Below are positions 30,429-40,069 of a stretch of DNA of 64,000 nt, one piece after another. The notes under the pieces are model-generated. The model worked only from the letters and a program-made list of their open reading frames with translations, had not been told where the DNA came from and searched no databases. The DNA lies in the NCBI GenBank assembly GCA_903951425.1, contig CAJBBX010000053.1, forward strand, positions 11,412 through 75,411, read 5' to 3'. The position numbers and the translations under genes are program-made. Every line of letters begins with the position of its first letter. The first letter of the stretch is position 1. This DNA is from an uncultured Chthonomonas sp. Lineage in GTDB: Bacteria > Armatimonadota > Chthonomonadetes > Chthonomonadales > CAJBBX01.

Positions 30429-31196
30429 TCACGATCGGCTCAGCTTCTGCTCCAGTTCGCGCAGTTGCCGGTCCACGTCGTCTTCCTGGGCGCCGGACGC
30501 CGCAACCGGAGCTGCCACAGTGGCCGTGGCGGTCGAGAGCCCGAGCTTGGCCTCCAAGGCGGCCAGTGCGTCGTCGGTCTCTACGTCGATCTGCTGGTCC
30601 TGCAACTGGTCGAGCTTGGCGTTGATGTTGGTCGACGCCACCTCGGCCCGCGCGGCCGCCTCGGACTGCATGTTGCGGATGCGCTCTTCGGCGCGGTCCC
30701 AGCTCTGGGTGGCGTCGCTCATTTGTAGGCCGTCGAGAGCCTTGTTGATCTGGATCTGGATTTCGGCCTGCTTCATATTGGCCTTGAGGGCCAGCGCCTC
30801 GGCGGTCTTCTGGCGCACCCGCTCCTCGTCGCGCTGGATAGCGACCTTCACGGCCTGGGCGGTCTCCTCAGCCTGCTTCAGGGAGACGCGCAGCTGCTCC
30901 AGAGCCTTGTCGTGTGCGCCCTTCTCGCGGAGCAGGCCACGAGCCAGCTCCTTGTTGCCCTGCTGCAGGGCGAGGGCGGCCTTCGCCTCCAGGTTCTGGC
31001 AGAGGCGCTCTTCCTTGGTGACCAGATCGAGCAGGTTGTTCTTGGCCGTGATGGCCTGCACGGCGCGCTCGCGGTTCTTGGCCTGAGACTCCTTCATCTC
31101 CCTGACGGCATCGTCCAGGATGATCTGCGGATCCTCCAACTCGTCGAGCTTTCCAAGGATCAGCGCGCGCAGGTAACGGAACAGGCGTTTGAACAT
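30429..31196 (-). CDS. pspA: PspA/IM30 family protein (phage shock protein A)
   Basis: MFKRLFRYLRALILGKLDELEDPQIILDDAVREMKESQAKNRERAVQAI is the canonical PspA N-terminus. The protein is coiled-coil throughout. I chose the ATG 31196 start over 31226. Confidence 0.85.
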   Translation of the reverse strand: MFKRLFRYLRALILGKLDELEDPQIILDDAVREMKESQAKNRERAVQAITAKNNLLDLVTKEERLCQNLEAKAALALQQGNKELARGLLREKGAHDKALEQLRVSLKQAEETAQAVKVAIQRDEERVRQKTAEALALKANMKQAEIQIQINKALDGLQMSDATQSWDRAEERIRNMQSEAAARAEVASTNINAKLDQLQDQQIDVETDDALAALEAKLGLSTATATVAAPVAASGAQEDDVDRQLRELEQKLSRS

Positions 31197-31267
31197 AGCG
31201 GTCCTCACGGAGGAAAAGGAAGGCAAGCCAAAGGGCGGGCCGGTCCCGGTGACCGACTTTGGCCCTC

Positions 31268-31296
31268 ATTATCGCACGTAGGCAGCCGTAAGTCAA
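31268..31296 (-). promoter_or_regulatory. candidate sigma70-type promoter of pspA
   Basis: On the minus strand: TTGACT (31296-31291), a 17-nt spacer, then GATAAT (31273-31268). This is about 70 nt upstream of the pspA ATG. Confidence 0.55.
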
Positions 31297-31325
31297 CGCA
31301 GGCCGGCACCCGGGTCGTGTCAACT

Positions 31326-32761
31326 GGAGTGTGTAACTGGTTTCGTGCTCCTGCCCATGTCGTGGGCGGGTCCTGCGCTACCGTTTCTCAATTGCGCCGC
31401 CGGTCGGCCGCGCCTGAGCTTAGCTTGGAGCTCCACGCGGCCGACCGGCTGAGCTTACGGCGTCCGTCCTCCCTGTGCCGGCTCGGTTAAGTTGCGGCGC
31501 TTGTACCAGAGGTCGTTGGTTGCCCACCTCTCGTTCAGCAGGTATGAGACCTTGAAGAAGGTTCGGTCGCACGACTTGACGTCTGCGAACGCGCCGCAGC
31601 CGCGTCGCCATCGGCGCACCTCGCGGAAGGTGCGTTCAATCGGGTTGGTGGTCCGAAGGTACTCGCGGCGGCAGGGCGGCTCGGAGAAGCATGCCAGGAG
31701 GTAGCGGGCGTCGCCCAGAAGCTTGGCGGCGAGGTTGGGGTACGTGGAACCCCAGCGCCCACAGAACGCCCGTAGCCTGGCATCGGCCTCGGTCAGGCTT
31801 GCGGCCTTGTAGACGCCCCGCAGTCCGTCACGAACCTCAGCCCGATGTGCCACTGCTACCGCATCGTGCACGTTGCGCATTCGGTGCGCCCAGCAGAGCT
31901 GGTGCGGCACGTCGCCCAGAACCTCCGGGACGGCTTCGAGGAGGCCCCGGTGCTCGTCCGATACCACCAGGCGTACCCGATCAGGCACCAGTCCGCGAGC
32001 CACCAGGCGGGTCAGGAACCCGCGCCAGGACGAGCCACTCTCACGCTGAACACGCTCAAAGCCCAGGATCTCCTTCCGCCCATCAGTTGTGACGCCGACC
32101 GCCATGAGTACACAGACCCGACCCGTTGTTCGGCCGATCAGGTCCTTCACCCAGGCCGCATCCAGGTACAGGTACTCATAGACCGACGGTAACCGGCGCT
32201 CTTTGAACTGCCTGACCTTCGCGTCCAGCGTGGCCTCCACATGGGCCAAGACCGACGGGGCCGGCACAAAACCCGTGACGATCGACATGAGCCGGCACAG
32301 CTCCGCCCGGCTCACACCGCACAGCAGGGCCTGCTCGACCCACGCGTCCACCTCCGCTATCGCACGGTGCCGTGGCCGCAGGAAGCCAGGAACGAAGCCG
32401 CTCAGCCGCATCCGAGGCAACCGGATCACCACAGAGCCGTCCACCAACTGGACCGTCCGTTTACGGTAGCCATTCCGGTAGTCGGCTCGCGGTCGGTCCG
32501 GCGTGGCCCGCTGGCGGAGCTTGAACCCCATCCGATGCTCCAGCTCCGATGCGGCTGCAGCCTCCAGCATGCAACGCACCATGTCGCTCCGAACCGCACT
32601 GAGGTCGCCGTACATAGCGTCCTCAGGGTCGCCCATCCGAGATGCCATTTGACCGAACACCGACCGCAAAGATACACTGACCATCAGAGTGCTCCTCTCC
32701 TCGTGGATTGTCCCCACAACCCCTACGAAGAGCAGGAGCACTCTGTCCACTTACACACTCC
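31326..32761 (-). mobile_element. IS256-family insertion sequence (1436 bp)
   Basis: Imperfect terminal inverted repeats: GGAGTGTGTAAcTGG....GTGCTCCTGC at 31326 onward, and the reverse complement GGAGTGTGTAAgTGG.....GTGCTCCTGC ending at 32761. They enclose one transposase gene. Confidence 0.8.
31455..32684 (-). CDS. IS256-family (mutator-type) transposase
   Basis: Family blocks YLYLDAAWVKD, VLMAVGVTTDGRKEILGF, VVSDEHRGLLEAV, CWAHRMRNV and NPIERTFREVRRW. GGAGAGGAG lies 7 nt before ATG 32684. Confidence 0.85.
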   Translation of the reverse strand: MVSVSLRSVFGQMASRMGDPEDAMYGDLSAVRSDMVRCMLEAAAASELEHRMGFKLRQRATPDRPRADYRNGYRKRTVQLVDGSVVIRLPRMRLSGFVPGFLRPRHRAIAEVDAWVEQALLCGVSRAELCRLMSIVTGFVPAPSVLAHVEATLDAKVRQFKERRLPSVYEYLYLDAAWVKDLIGRTTGRVCVLMAVGVTTDGRKEILGFERVQRESGSSWRGFLTRLVARGLVPDRVRLVVSDEHRGLLEAVPEVLGDVPHQLCWAHRMRNVHDAVAVAHRAEVRDGLRGVYKAASLTEADARLRAFCGRWGSTYPNLAAKLLGDARYLLACFSEPPCRREYLRTTNPIERTFREVRRWRRGCGAFADVKSCDRTFFKVSYLLNERWATNDLWYKRRNLTEPAQGGRTP

Positions 32762-32802
32762 GATCATGAACTACCCGGCACCCGGAAGCGGGTCCTCAGC
32801 GC

Positions 32803-33513
32803 CTAGTCGCTACCCCAACAGAGCATACGGCCGCAGTTGTCGCAGGTTCGGAGGCCCAGATCGTGCTTGACGCAGTGGACCGTCTGGGCCGGGAGGTTGG
32901 TGTGGCACGCGCCGCAGCGTCCGGAGTCGATGCGACCGATGCCCACCCCATGCGCGTGCGATCGGATGTTGTCGTATCTGCGCAGGAGATCGGCCGGGAC
33001 GGCGGGTAACCGATCCTCACGCTGACGCTCCAACTCCTGGAGCTTAGCGTTAAGGAGACCCGTCCGCTTGGCATGCGCCGCCAGCTTGGCCTCGTGGGCC
33101 TTGCGCGCCTTCTCCATGACGGCCTGTGCAGCCGCCTCGACGGGCGTCAGGCGTTCCACGTCGTCCATGAGGGTGAGGATGCGCACGTCGAGGTCGCCCC
33201 GGCGCCGGTCAAGGGAGACGATCTCTTGCTGCAGCGCCTCGAGCTCCTTGAAGGCGCTGACGCGGCCGCCGTAGAGCTTGTCCTCGCATTGCTTCTTTTT
33301 GGCCTCGACGCTCTTCTGCTCTAGCTCGGAGTCGGTCAGGTCGCGTGAAGCCTGATGGAGGGCCTTGTGCGCCTCGTCGTGCTTCTCGGTCACATCCTGC
33401 AGCGCCGCCAGTTCGGCCTGGCCCTTGTCAAGCCCGTGCAGAGCGCGCTGCACCAGCATGATCTCGCTATCCGCCTCCTGAACCTTGTACAGCGCCTGGA
33501 GATCGTTGTGCAT
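32803..33513 (-). CDS. coiled-coil protein with C-terminal C4 zinc ribbon (COG1579/DUF164-like)
   Basis: MHNDLQALYKVQEADSEIMLVQ..., then a long coiled coil, then CGACHTNLP...CDNCGRMLC. Confidence 0.7.
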   Translation of the reverse strand: MHNDLQALYKVQEADSEIMLVQRALHGLDKGQAELAALQDVTEKHDEAHKALHQASRDLTDSELEQKSVEAKKKQCEDKLYGGRVSAFKELEALQQEIVSLDRRRGDLDVRILTLMDDVERLTPVEAAAQAVMEKARKAHEAKLAAHAKRTGLLNAKLQELERQREDRLPAVPADLLRRYDNIRSHAHGVGIGRIDSGRCGACHTNLPAQTVHCVKHDLGLRTCDNCGRMLCWGSD

Positions 33514-33605
33514 GCGGCGTTCCCCCTTGTGGCATTCTAGCACCGCCAGTCGCACGTTTCCTACCTGCGCCACCCGACGCGGTAGACTGAACCGAGGCAA
33601 GCACC

Positions 33606-34325
33606 TTGATCAACCTTTCACGACACGCCATCGCTGCATCGGACGCCCACCTGAGCGCCGTCCTCTACCAGCCGGACAAGCCCCGACGCAAGGGCTGCGT
33701 GCTTCTGACACACGGATTGACGGCGTCGCGTGCGGGCATGGACGTCCTGGCGGCGTATGTGGCGGGGAAGGGGCTGGCTTGCGTCACCCACGACATTCGC
33801 GGGCATATCCTGGGCGCCTCCACCGGCAGGCTTGAAAGCGTGCAGGACGCCGTCGATGACCTTCTGGCCCTATGCCATTGGCGCCGCCGCGAGATGGGCG
33901 ACGTGCCGCTCGCGCTGGTCGGCCACTCGCTGGGCGGGCTCCTCAGCATCGCGGCCGCTGCCCGCTGTTCGAGCGTCTGCGCCGTCGCCTGCCTGGCCTC
34001 CAGCGCATGCCCCGACCGCTCCTTCCAGGGCCCTGCGGGCGAGGCGCTACTGCGTCAGCGCGGCGGGTACCTGGACGGCGCACCCGCCTTCGACCTGCTC
34101 GGTCAGGCGGCCGGCCTGGCTCGCCATGCCGACGAGCTTGGCGCCCTTCCCGCGCTCTTCGTGGCGGGCAAGACCGATATCCTGGTGCCGCCCGAGCGCG
34201 TCCGGGAGCTTGCGTTGCGAGTGGGGCCACACGCCGAGTATGCCGAGGTCCCGGCCAGCCACCAGCACCTCCCCGACCACGCGCGCGGCCTGGTCGGGGG
34301 TTGGCTCCTGAACCGCGTCGGCTAG
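33606..34325 (+). CDS. alpha/beta-fold hydrolase
   Basis: Nucleophile elbow GHSLGG, about 239 aa, TTG start with GAGG 9 nt upstream. Confidence 0.65.
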   Translation: MINLSRHAIAASDAHLSAVLYQPDKPRRKGCVLLTHGLTASRAGMDVLAAYVAGKGLACVTHDIRGHILGASTGRLESVQDAVDDLLALCHWRRREMGDVPLALVGHSLGGLLSIAAAARCSSVCAVACLASSACPDRSFQGPAGEALLRQRGGYLDGAPAFDLLGQAAGLARHADELGALPALFVAGKTDILVPPERVRELALRVGPHAEYAEVPASHQHLPDHARGLVGGWLLNRVG

Positions 34326-34801
34326 GTTCGGCTGATGGCAGTGACCTTGAGGCGGGCCACGCCGGCGGGGATGGGCACCTCGATGGTCTCTCCCACGCGC
34401 TTGCCGGTCAGTGCGCGGCCGACCGGCGACTGGATGCTGATCATGTCCTTGAGCGGATCGGCCTGAACCGGGTCCACGAGGCGGTAACAGACCTCCTCGT
34501 CGTATACCAGGTCCCATACCGTCACAGTCATGCCGAGGCCCGCCGCGGTGTCGTCGGAGTGGGCGTCGTCGGCGACGATCATGGCGTGTTCCAGGAGGGC
34601 CTCCAGGTCGGTGATGCGTCCGTTCAGCATGCCCTGATCGCGGCGGGCAGCGTGGTATTCGAAGTTCTCGGACAGGTCGCCGAACGCCCGCGCCTTGCGG
34701 ATCGCCTCGGATATCTCCTGCCTCTTGGTGGTCTTCAGGTGGTTGAGTTCGGCCTCGATCTTGGCGCGGCTGGACTCGGTGAGGACGATTTGGTCCGTCA
34801 T
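34322..34801 (-). CDS. greA: transcription elongation factor GreA
   Basis: MTDQIVLTESSRAKIEAELNHLKTTKRQEISEAIRKARAFGDLSENFEYHAARRDQ; 160 aa. Confidence 0.9.
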   Translation of the reverse strand: MTDQIVLTESSRAKIEAELNHLKTTKRQEISEAIRKARAFGDLSENFEYHAARRDQGMLNGRITDLEALLEHAMIVADDAHSDDTAAGLGMTVTVWDLVYDEEVCYRLVDPVQADPLKDMISIQSPVGRALTGKRVGETIEVPIPAGVARLKVTAISRT

Positions 34802-34950
34802 GCGGTCAGGAACTCCTGGTGGGTGGATCGGGTACCTTACCACAGCCGTTTCTGCCTCGTCAATACGGTTGACTCCCCGTACCCGCGCAGGGTACACAAC
34901 CCGAACCAAGCCGCGCCGGTCTGTGCCGGCCAAGAGAGCCACCCGTACGC

Positions 34951-35649
34951 ATGATAGACCTCCACAATGTCTCCGTTGAATACGATGAAGGCCACAGCGC
35001 CCTCCGTGGCGTCTCATTGCACGTTGAGGACGGGGAGTTTGTGTTCATCATCGGCGCGACGGGGGCCGGCAAGTCGACCCTTCTGAAGCTCCTCTACCGT
35101 GAAGAGACGCCGACGCAGGGGCGCGTCGTGGTGAACGGTTCCGATGTCGCTGCCATGCGCCCCGGCGACGTGCCGCGGTTCCGGCGACGTATGGGTGTTG
35201 TGTTTCAGGATTTCGGCCTGTTGCCCGGCCTGACGGTCTTCGAGAACGTGGCGTTCGCGCTCCGGGTAACCGGGGCCAGACGCCGTGCCATTCGTGCGCG
35301 TGTTCCCGAATGCCTCGAGACGGTGGGCCTGATGGCGCGGTGCGACGCCTTTCCCGGCCAACTCTCCGGCGGCGAGCAGCAGCGTGTGGCGATCGCTCGC
35401 GCCCTGGCGAACCATCCCGCGCTACTCGTGGCTGACGAGCCTACCGGCAACCTCGACCCCGCCACTTCGCTGGGCATCGCCGAGGTCCTCTACCGCATCA
35501 ACGAGGCGGGCACCACGGTTGTCGTCTCGACGCACGATCATGCCATGGTCGACAACCAGCCGCGGCGCGTGGTGGAGCTGGCCGCCGGCGAGGTGATCCG
35601 GGACGAGGCACAGGGCACCTACCAGCCTGCCGCGAGGCCCGAGGCATGA
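34951..35649 (+). CDS. ftsE: cell-division ABC ATPase FtsE
   Basis: Walker [10 protein letters not shown], signature LSGGEQQR, Walker B LLVADEPT. It is followed by ftsX with an ATGA overlap. Confidence 0.9.
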   Translation: MIDLHNVSVEYDEGHSALRGVSLHVEDGEFVFIIGATGAGKSTLLKLLYREETPTQGRVVVNGSDVAAMRPGDVPRFRRRMGVVFQDFGLLPGLTVFENVAFALRVTGARRRAIRARVPECLETVGLMARCDAFPGQLSGGEQQRVAIARALANHPALLVADEPTGNLDPATSLGIAEVLYRINEAGTTVVVSTHDHAMVDNQPRRVVELAAGEVIRDEAQGTYQPAARPEA

Positions 35650-36548
35650 GTTTCTCCGCCTTCGCTTTCCTCGTGGACGACGCCGCCAAGAGCATTCGCC
35701 GCAACGGCCTGATGTCCATCGCGGCCTTGACGACGGTCACCGTGGCCATGGCCGTGCTGGGCGGCTCGCTGTTCACTATTTACCGGCTCAAGCAGTTCGC
35801 CGACAGCCAGCCCCGGCGTTTCGAGATCCTCGCCTTCGTGGAGCCGAAGGCCGATGCCGCCGCAGTGGAGAGCGTTCGGGACCGGGCCACGCGCATTCCA
35901 GGCGTGGCCGCAGTGCGGGTCTATACCAAGGACCAGGCCCTGCGCGACCTGCAGGCCGAGGATCGCCGCCAGCATACCGAGATCGTGGCCAGTCTCGAGG
36001 GGATCAACCCGCTGCCGGATCGGATCGACGTTCGGGTCTCCGATCCCGCCGTGACGGTGCGCGTGGCCAATGAGTTGCGTAGCCCGCGCTTTCCCGAAAT
36101 TGAGCAGGTGCGCGACGAGAACGATGCCCTCAGCAAACTGATCGCCCTGTCGAACGTTATACGTAATGTCGGGGGCGCCGTGGCTGTGCTTCTGTTCATC
36201 GCCACGGCGTTCGTCATCCAGAACACCATCCGGCTGACGATCTACGCCCGGCGCCGGGAGATTCGCGTCATGCAGCTCGTGGGCGCCACTTCGGCGTTCA
36301 TCAGGTTGCCCTTCTTGCTGGAGGGCACATTCTACGGGGCGGCAGGGGCTACGGCCGCGGCCTGCCTGGTTCTCTTTGTGGTGTCGCAGGTCTCCATCTA
36401 TGTCAGGCAGTTCCAGACGCCGCTGACGCAGGGCGTGCCGCCGGCGGTTTCGTCGGGCGTGATCGTGGTGATGATGGTGACCACCGGCGCGGCGGTGGGG
36501 ATTGCGACCAGCGTGATCTCGCTCCGCCGGTTCCTGAGGAAGGTCTAG
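35646..36548 (+). CDS. ftsX: cell-division permease-like protein FtsX
   Basis: Topology is one TM helix, a periplasmic domain, then three TM helices. 300 aa, translationally coupled to ftsE. Confidence 0.85.
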   Translation: MSFSAFAFLVDDAAKSIRRNGLMSIAALTTVTVAMAVLGGSLFTIYRLKQFADSQPRRFEILAFVEPKADAAAVESVRDRATRIPGVAAVRVYTKDQALRDLQAEDRRQHTEIVASLEGINPLPDRIDVRVSDPAVTVRVANELRSPRFPEIEQVRDENDALSKLIALSNVIRNVGGAVAVLLFIATAFVIQNTIRLTIYARRREIRVMQLVGATSAFIRLPFLLEGTFYGAAGATAAACLVLFVVSQVSIYVRQFQTPLTQGVPPAVSSGVIVVMMVTTGAAVGIATSVISLRRFLRKV

Positions 36549-36551
36549 GGC

Positions 36552-37718
36552 ATGCGGCTCAACAGGCTCCGCCGCGGGATCAGCCGCTGGGCCCCCGCGC
36601 TGGGTGCAATGGTGGCGTGCATGATCGGTACGTCAGCCGCCGCTGGGCCTAAGCAGGCCAAGAAGACGCCTGCCGAGCTTCGGTCGGCCCTGCGTACGAT
36701 GGCGGCCCAGATCAGCCAGAAGCGGCGGCAGATCACCGTTAAGCGGCGTCAGGAGCGGCGCATCAAGGGCGAGATCGGCGAGGTCGAGACCCGCATCGCC
36801 TCGACCCGAAGCCGCCTTGGGCAGGTACACAGCCGCCTCAGGTACCTGCGCCGCGAGCATTCGGTGCTGACAGAGCGGATCGGCGCTACCGAACGGCGCC
36901 TGGCCATGCGCCGGCGCGCCCTTGCGAGCCGCGTCCGTGAGAACTACGAGCGCGGCTCCGGCGGCTACGTCCGCGTGCTGCTCTCGTCGCGCAGCCTCAA
37001 TGACTACATGTCGCGGTCCTACTACGTTCAGCGCATCGTCTCCAGCGATGCAGGCCTCATCAAGGCGGTGAAGGCCGACCGAGATCAACTCGCCGCTGAC
37101 CGGCGCCGGCTGGAAGCGCAGCAACGGGAGAAGGAGCGCCTCGGCGTTGAGCTGGTCCAGCGTCGTGAGCAGTATGAGAGCGACTGCGGCCGCATGGTCG
37201 TCATGCTCCGCGACGTCCGCTCGTCCCGGGAGGCCCTGGAGGAAGCGCTCAACATGCTCGAGCAGTCCTCCCGCGATATCGAGGCCCGCATCCGCGCCAT
37301 GATGACCACGCCCTCGGGCCGCGCTCGTAGCCTGCGCGCATGGAAGGGGCGGTTCATCCGGCCCGTGCCGGGTTCCATCACCTCGCGCTTCGGGATGCGG
37401 TACCACCCGATCCTGCACAAGACCAAGCTCCACACAGGCGTGGACTTCGGCGCCGCATCGGGCACGCCGATCCGGGCTGCGGCAGGCGGAGTGGTCATCG
37501 CCTCCTGCTACCTGCGCGGCTACGGCAACACGGTAATCATTGACCACGGGGGCGGTGTGACCACGCTCTACGGCCACATGTCGGCGTTCAATGTCTCCGA
37601 CGGACGGACGGTCGCTCAGGGGCAGGTGATCGGTCGAGTGGGCAGCACCGGGTTCTCCACCGGTCCGCACCTCCACTTCGAGGTTCGCCGCAACGGGACC
37701 CCCGTCAGCCCATTGTGA
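36552..37718 (+). CDS. coiled-coil M23 (LytM) peptidase, EnvC-like FtsEX partner
   Basis: Signal/anchor, a long coiled coil, then an M23 domain with intact metal motifs HTGVD and HLHFE. It is therefore predicted to be catalytically competent. Confidence 0.8.
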   Translation: MRLNRLRRGISRWAPALGAMVACMIGTSAAAGPKQAKKTPAELRSALRTMAAQISQKRRQITVKRRQERRIKGEIGEVETRIASTRSRLGQVHSRLRYLRREHSVLTERIGATERRLAMRRRALASRVRENYERGSGGYVRVLLSSRSLNDYMSRSYYVQRIVSSDAGLIKAVKADRDQLAADRRRLEAQQREKERLGVELVQRREQYESDCGRMVVMLRDVRSSREALEEALNMLEQSSRDIEARIRAMMTTPSGRARSLRAWKGRFIRPVPGSITSRFGMRYHPILHKTKLHTGVDFGAASGTPIRAAAGGVVIASCYLRGYGNTVIIDHGGGVTTLYGHMSAFNVSDGRTVAQGQVIGRVGSTGFSTGPHLHFEVRRNGTPVSPL

Positions 37719-38605
37719 GCCGGTCCGATGCGGCGTCGTCTCCGCCGGTCGGCGGCATGCACGCGGTTGGCGCTATGCTGGCCTCGGCAGGGCTCTTCGC
37801 CGTGATGACCGTGGCTGCCAAGATGCTGGCTAACCCACGCTACTGCCGCCCGTTGCCTGCCGCTGAGGTGACCCTGATCCGGTTCGCGTTCGGCGTTCTG
37901 GTGATGCTGCCGCTACTGGGTCGCCGAGAGGTGAACCTGCTGGGCACGGACCGGCTGGGACTCGTGTGGCGTGGCCTGTCCGGTGGCGTCGCGGTGCTGA
38001 CCTACTTCATCGCCATCGAGCACACCACACTGACGAATGCCGTGCTGCTGAACCTGACGTCGACGGTGTTCGCCCCTCTGAACGCGGCCATCTTCCTCCG
38101 TGAGAGCCTGAGCCTCAGTGCGCTACCGACTTTCGGCTTTGCGGCGGCCGGGGTGCTGCTCGTGATCCGACCCGGCCCCGGTGGCCACCATGTGGGAGAC
38201 CTGTACGGCCTCCTGTCCGGCTTCCTGGCGGGCACGGCCATCACGGCGGTGCGGCGCCTCAGGCGGCAGGAGTCGGCTTCCAGTATCTTCTTCTACTTCT
38301 CGCTGATCGGCGTGCCGGTCTCGCTCATCGCGTGCGTTGGCCAGCCGCTGGTCCTGCCCGATGCCGCCGGCTGGGGCCTGCTCTTCCTGATGGCCTCGGC
38401 CAGCGTTGGCGCGCAGCTTCTCATGACCTACGGCTACCGGTATGTCCGCACATCCGAGGGCGTGCTGCTGATGCTCTCCCAGGTGGCCTATTCCGCTGTG
38501 ATCGGCGTACTGCTGTTCGGTGAGAGGCTCTCGGCGCTGACGCTCCTCGGGGGCGCCTGCATCATGGCCGCCACCGTCTGGTCGGCGCGGGCCGCCTCGC
38601 GGTGA
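37715..38605 (+). CDS. EamA/DMT-family transporter
   Basis: Ten hydrophobic segments in two repeated halves. GTGA overlap with the upstream gene. Confidence 0.7.
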   Translation: MSRSDAASSPPVGGMHAVGAMLASAGLFAVMTVAAKMLANPRYCRPLPAAEVTLIRFAFGVLVMLPLLGRREVNLLGTDRLGLVWRGLSGGVAVLTYFIAIEHTTLTNAVLLNLTSTVFAPLNAAIFLRESLSLSALPTFGFAAAGVLLVIRPGPGGHHVGDLYGLLSGFLAGTAITAVRRLRRQESASSIFFYFSLIGVPVSLIACVGQPLVLPDAAGWGLLFLMASASVGAQLLMTYGYRYVRTSEGVLLMLSQVAYSAVIGVLLFGERLSALTLLGGACIMAATVWSARAASR

Positions 38606-39528
38606 TCGGCCTCGACGACCTCATCGATCGCTACTTGCAGTCGCTGCGCTTCGTGCGCAGGGCCTCCGACAACACGGTGGCTGCGTACGGCGCTGATCTG
38701 GCCGCCTTCGGGCAGTTTGCGGAGGAAGGCGGCGCGCGCGCGGCCGAGGATGTGACGCTTGCCCTCGTTCGTGCATATCTAGCCCGCATGTCCGAGGCAG
38801 ACTACGCGCCTGCCACCGTGGCGAGGCGCCTCTCTGCTCTGCGGTCGCTCTACCGCTGGGCCAGGCGGCAGGCCCTGACTTCTGCTGACCCCACCCGCTC
38901 GCTACGGTCACCCCGGCAACGGCGGCGTCTTCCTGGCGCACTGCGCCCTGCCGAGGTCGAGGCGCTCATGGAGGCGCCCGGCCAGACTGCCGCGGGACTG
39001 CGTGATCGGGCGATTCTGGAGCTGCTCTACGGGAGCGGTCTGCGCGCCTCCGAGCTGGTAGGACTCGACGTGGGTGATGTGGACATGGTCACGCGCGAGA
39101 TCCGCGTCAGGATGGGTAAGGGGGGGCAGCAGCGGATGTCCCTCTTCGGTGAGCCTGCGAGCGACGCGCTGGGCCGGTATCTCCGGGAGGGGCGCCCACG
39201 CCTGGCGAGTGCGCCTTGTAGCGCGCTCTTCCTCAACAAGCTCGGCGGGCGGCTCTCCGACCGGGGCGTGAGGCGCCTGTTTGACAAATACGCTTCCGTA
39301 GGGGGTGAGCGGCTTAAGGCGACGCCCCACACGTTGCGCCATACCTTTGCCACGCACCTGCTGGCCAACGGCGCCGACCTGCGGTCCGTGCAGCAGCTGC
39401 TCGGACACGCCGGCATCGGGACGACGCAGATATACACCCACCTCACGGTTGACCACCTGAGGGCCGAACATGACAGGGCGCACCCGCTGGCGGGAGCCAG
39501 CCGCGACGCCGATGACCAGGAGGACTAG
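38602..39528 (+). CDS. tyrosine site-specific recombinase, XerC/XerD family
   Basis: N-terminal SAM-like domain (NTVAAYGADLAAFGQF). Catalytic box HTLRHTFATHLLANGADLRSVQQLLGHAGIGTTQIYTHL. Confidence 0.85.
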   Translation: MIGLDDLIDRYLQSLRFVRRASDNTVAAYGADLAAFGQFAEEGGARAAEDVTLALVRAYLARMSEADYAPATVARRLSALRSLYRWARRQALTSADPTRSLRSPRQRRRLPGALRPAEVEALMEAPGQTAAGLRDRAILELLYGSGLRASELVGLDVGDVDMVTREIRVRMGKGGQQRMSLFGEPASDALGRYLREGRPRLASAPCSALFLNKLGGRLSDRGVRRLFDKYASVGGERLKATPHTLRHTFATHLLANGADLRSVQQLLGHAGIGTTQIYTHLTVDHLRAEHDRAHPLAGASRDADDQED

Positions 39529-40068
39529 ATGAAGTCGGAAAGCCGTTCGACGACGGTGCTGGCGATGATCCGCGACGGCCGGCTCGCCATGGCTGCCGAT
39601 GGGCAGGTCACCATGGACAGCATGGTTGTGAAGCACACGGCGCGCAAGATACGCCGGATGTACCACGGTAAGGTGCTGACCGGCTTCGCGGGCTCCGTGG
39701 CTGACGCGCAGGCCCTTGCGGATCGGTTCGAGGCCAAGCTGGAGGGAGTGGGCGGCAACCTGACCCGGGCAGCCATCGAGTTCACGAAGGAGTGGCGCAC
39801 TGATCGGATGCTGCGCCGGCTTGAGGCGCTTATGCTGGTGGCCGACACCGAGAAGCTCTACCTCCTCTCCGGCGACGGCAACGTGCTGGAGCCCGACGAC
39901 AACGTGGCGGCGATCGGCTCAGGCGGCCCCTACGCGCTGTCAGCCGCGAAGGCCCTGCTCCGAAACACGGACCTGGACGCGCCCACGATCGTGGCACAGG
40001 CCATGCACGTGGCTGCCGAGGTCTGCATCTACACCAACGATAAGCTTACGATTGAGCAGTTGCCCTGA
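39529..40068 (+). CDS. hslV: ATP-dependent protease subunit HslV
   Basis: MKSESRS-TTVLAMIRDGRLAMAADGQVT..GSGGPYALSAAKAL. The short N-terminal extension before the Thr-Thr resembles the Bacillus ClpQ type. Confidence 0.9.
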   Translation: MKSESRSTTVLAMIRDGRLAMAADGQVTMDSMVVKHTARKIRRMYHGKVLTGFAGSVADAQALADRFEAKLEGVGGNLTRAAIEFTKEWRTDRMLRRLEALMLVADTEKLYLLSGDGNVLEPDDNVAAIGSGGPYALSAAKALLRNTDLDAPTIVAQAMHVAAEVCIYTNDKLTIEQLP

Positions 40069-40069
40069 C

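Noticed and set aside
34860-34880. Palindrome GTCAA-TACGG-TTGAC between greA and ftsE as a regulator site
   Set aside because: It is more simply explained as two back-to-back divergent -35 boxes, TTGACG for greA and TTGACT for ftsE. It is too short to argue for an operator.
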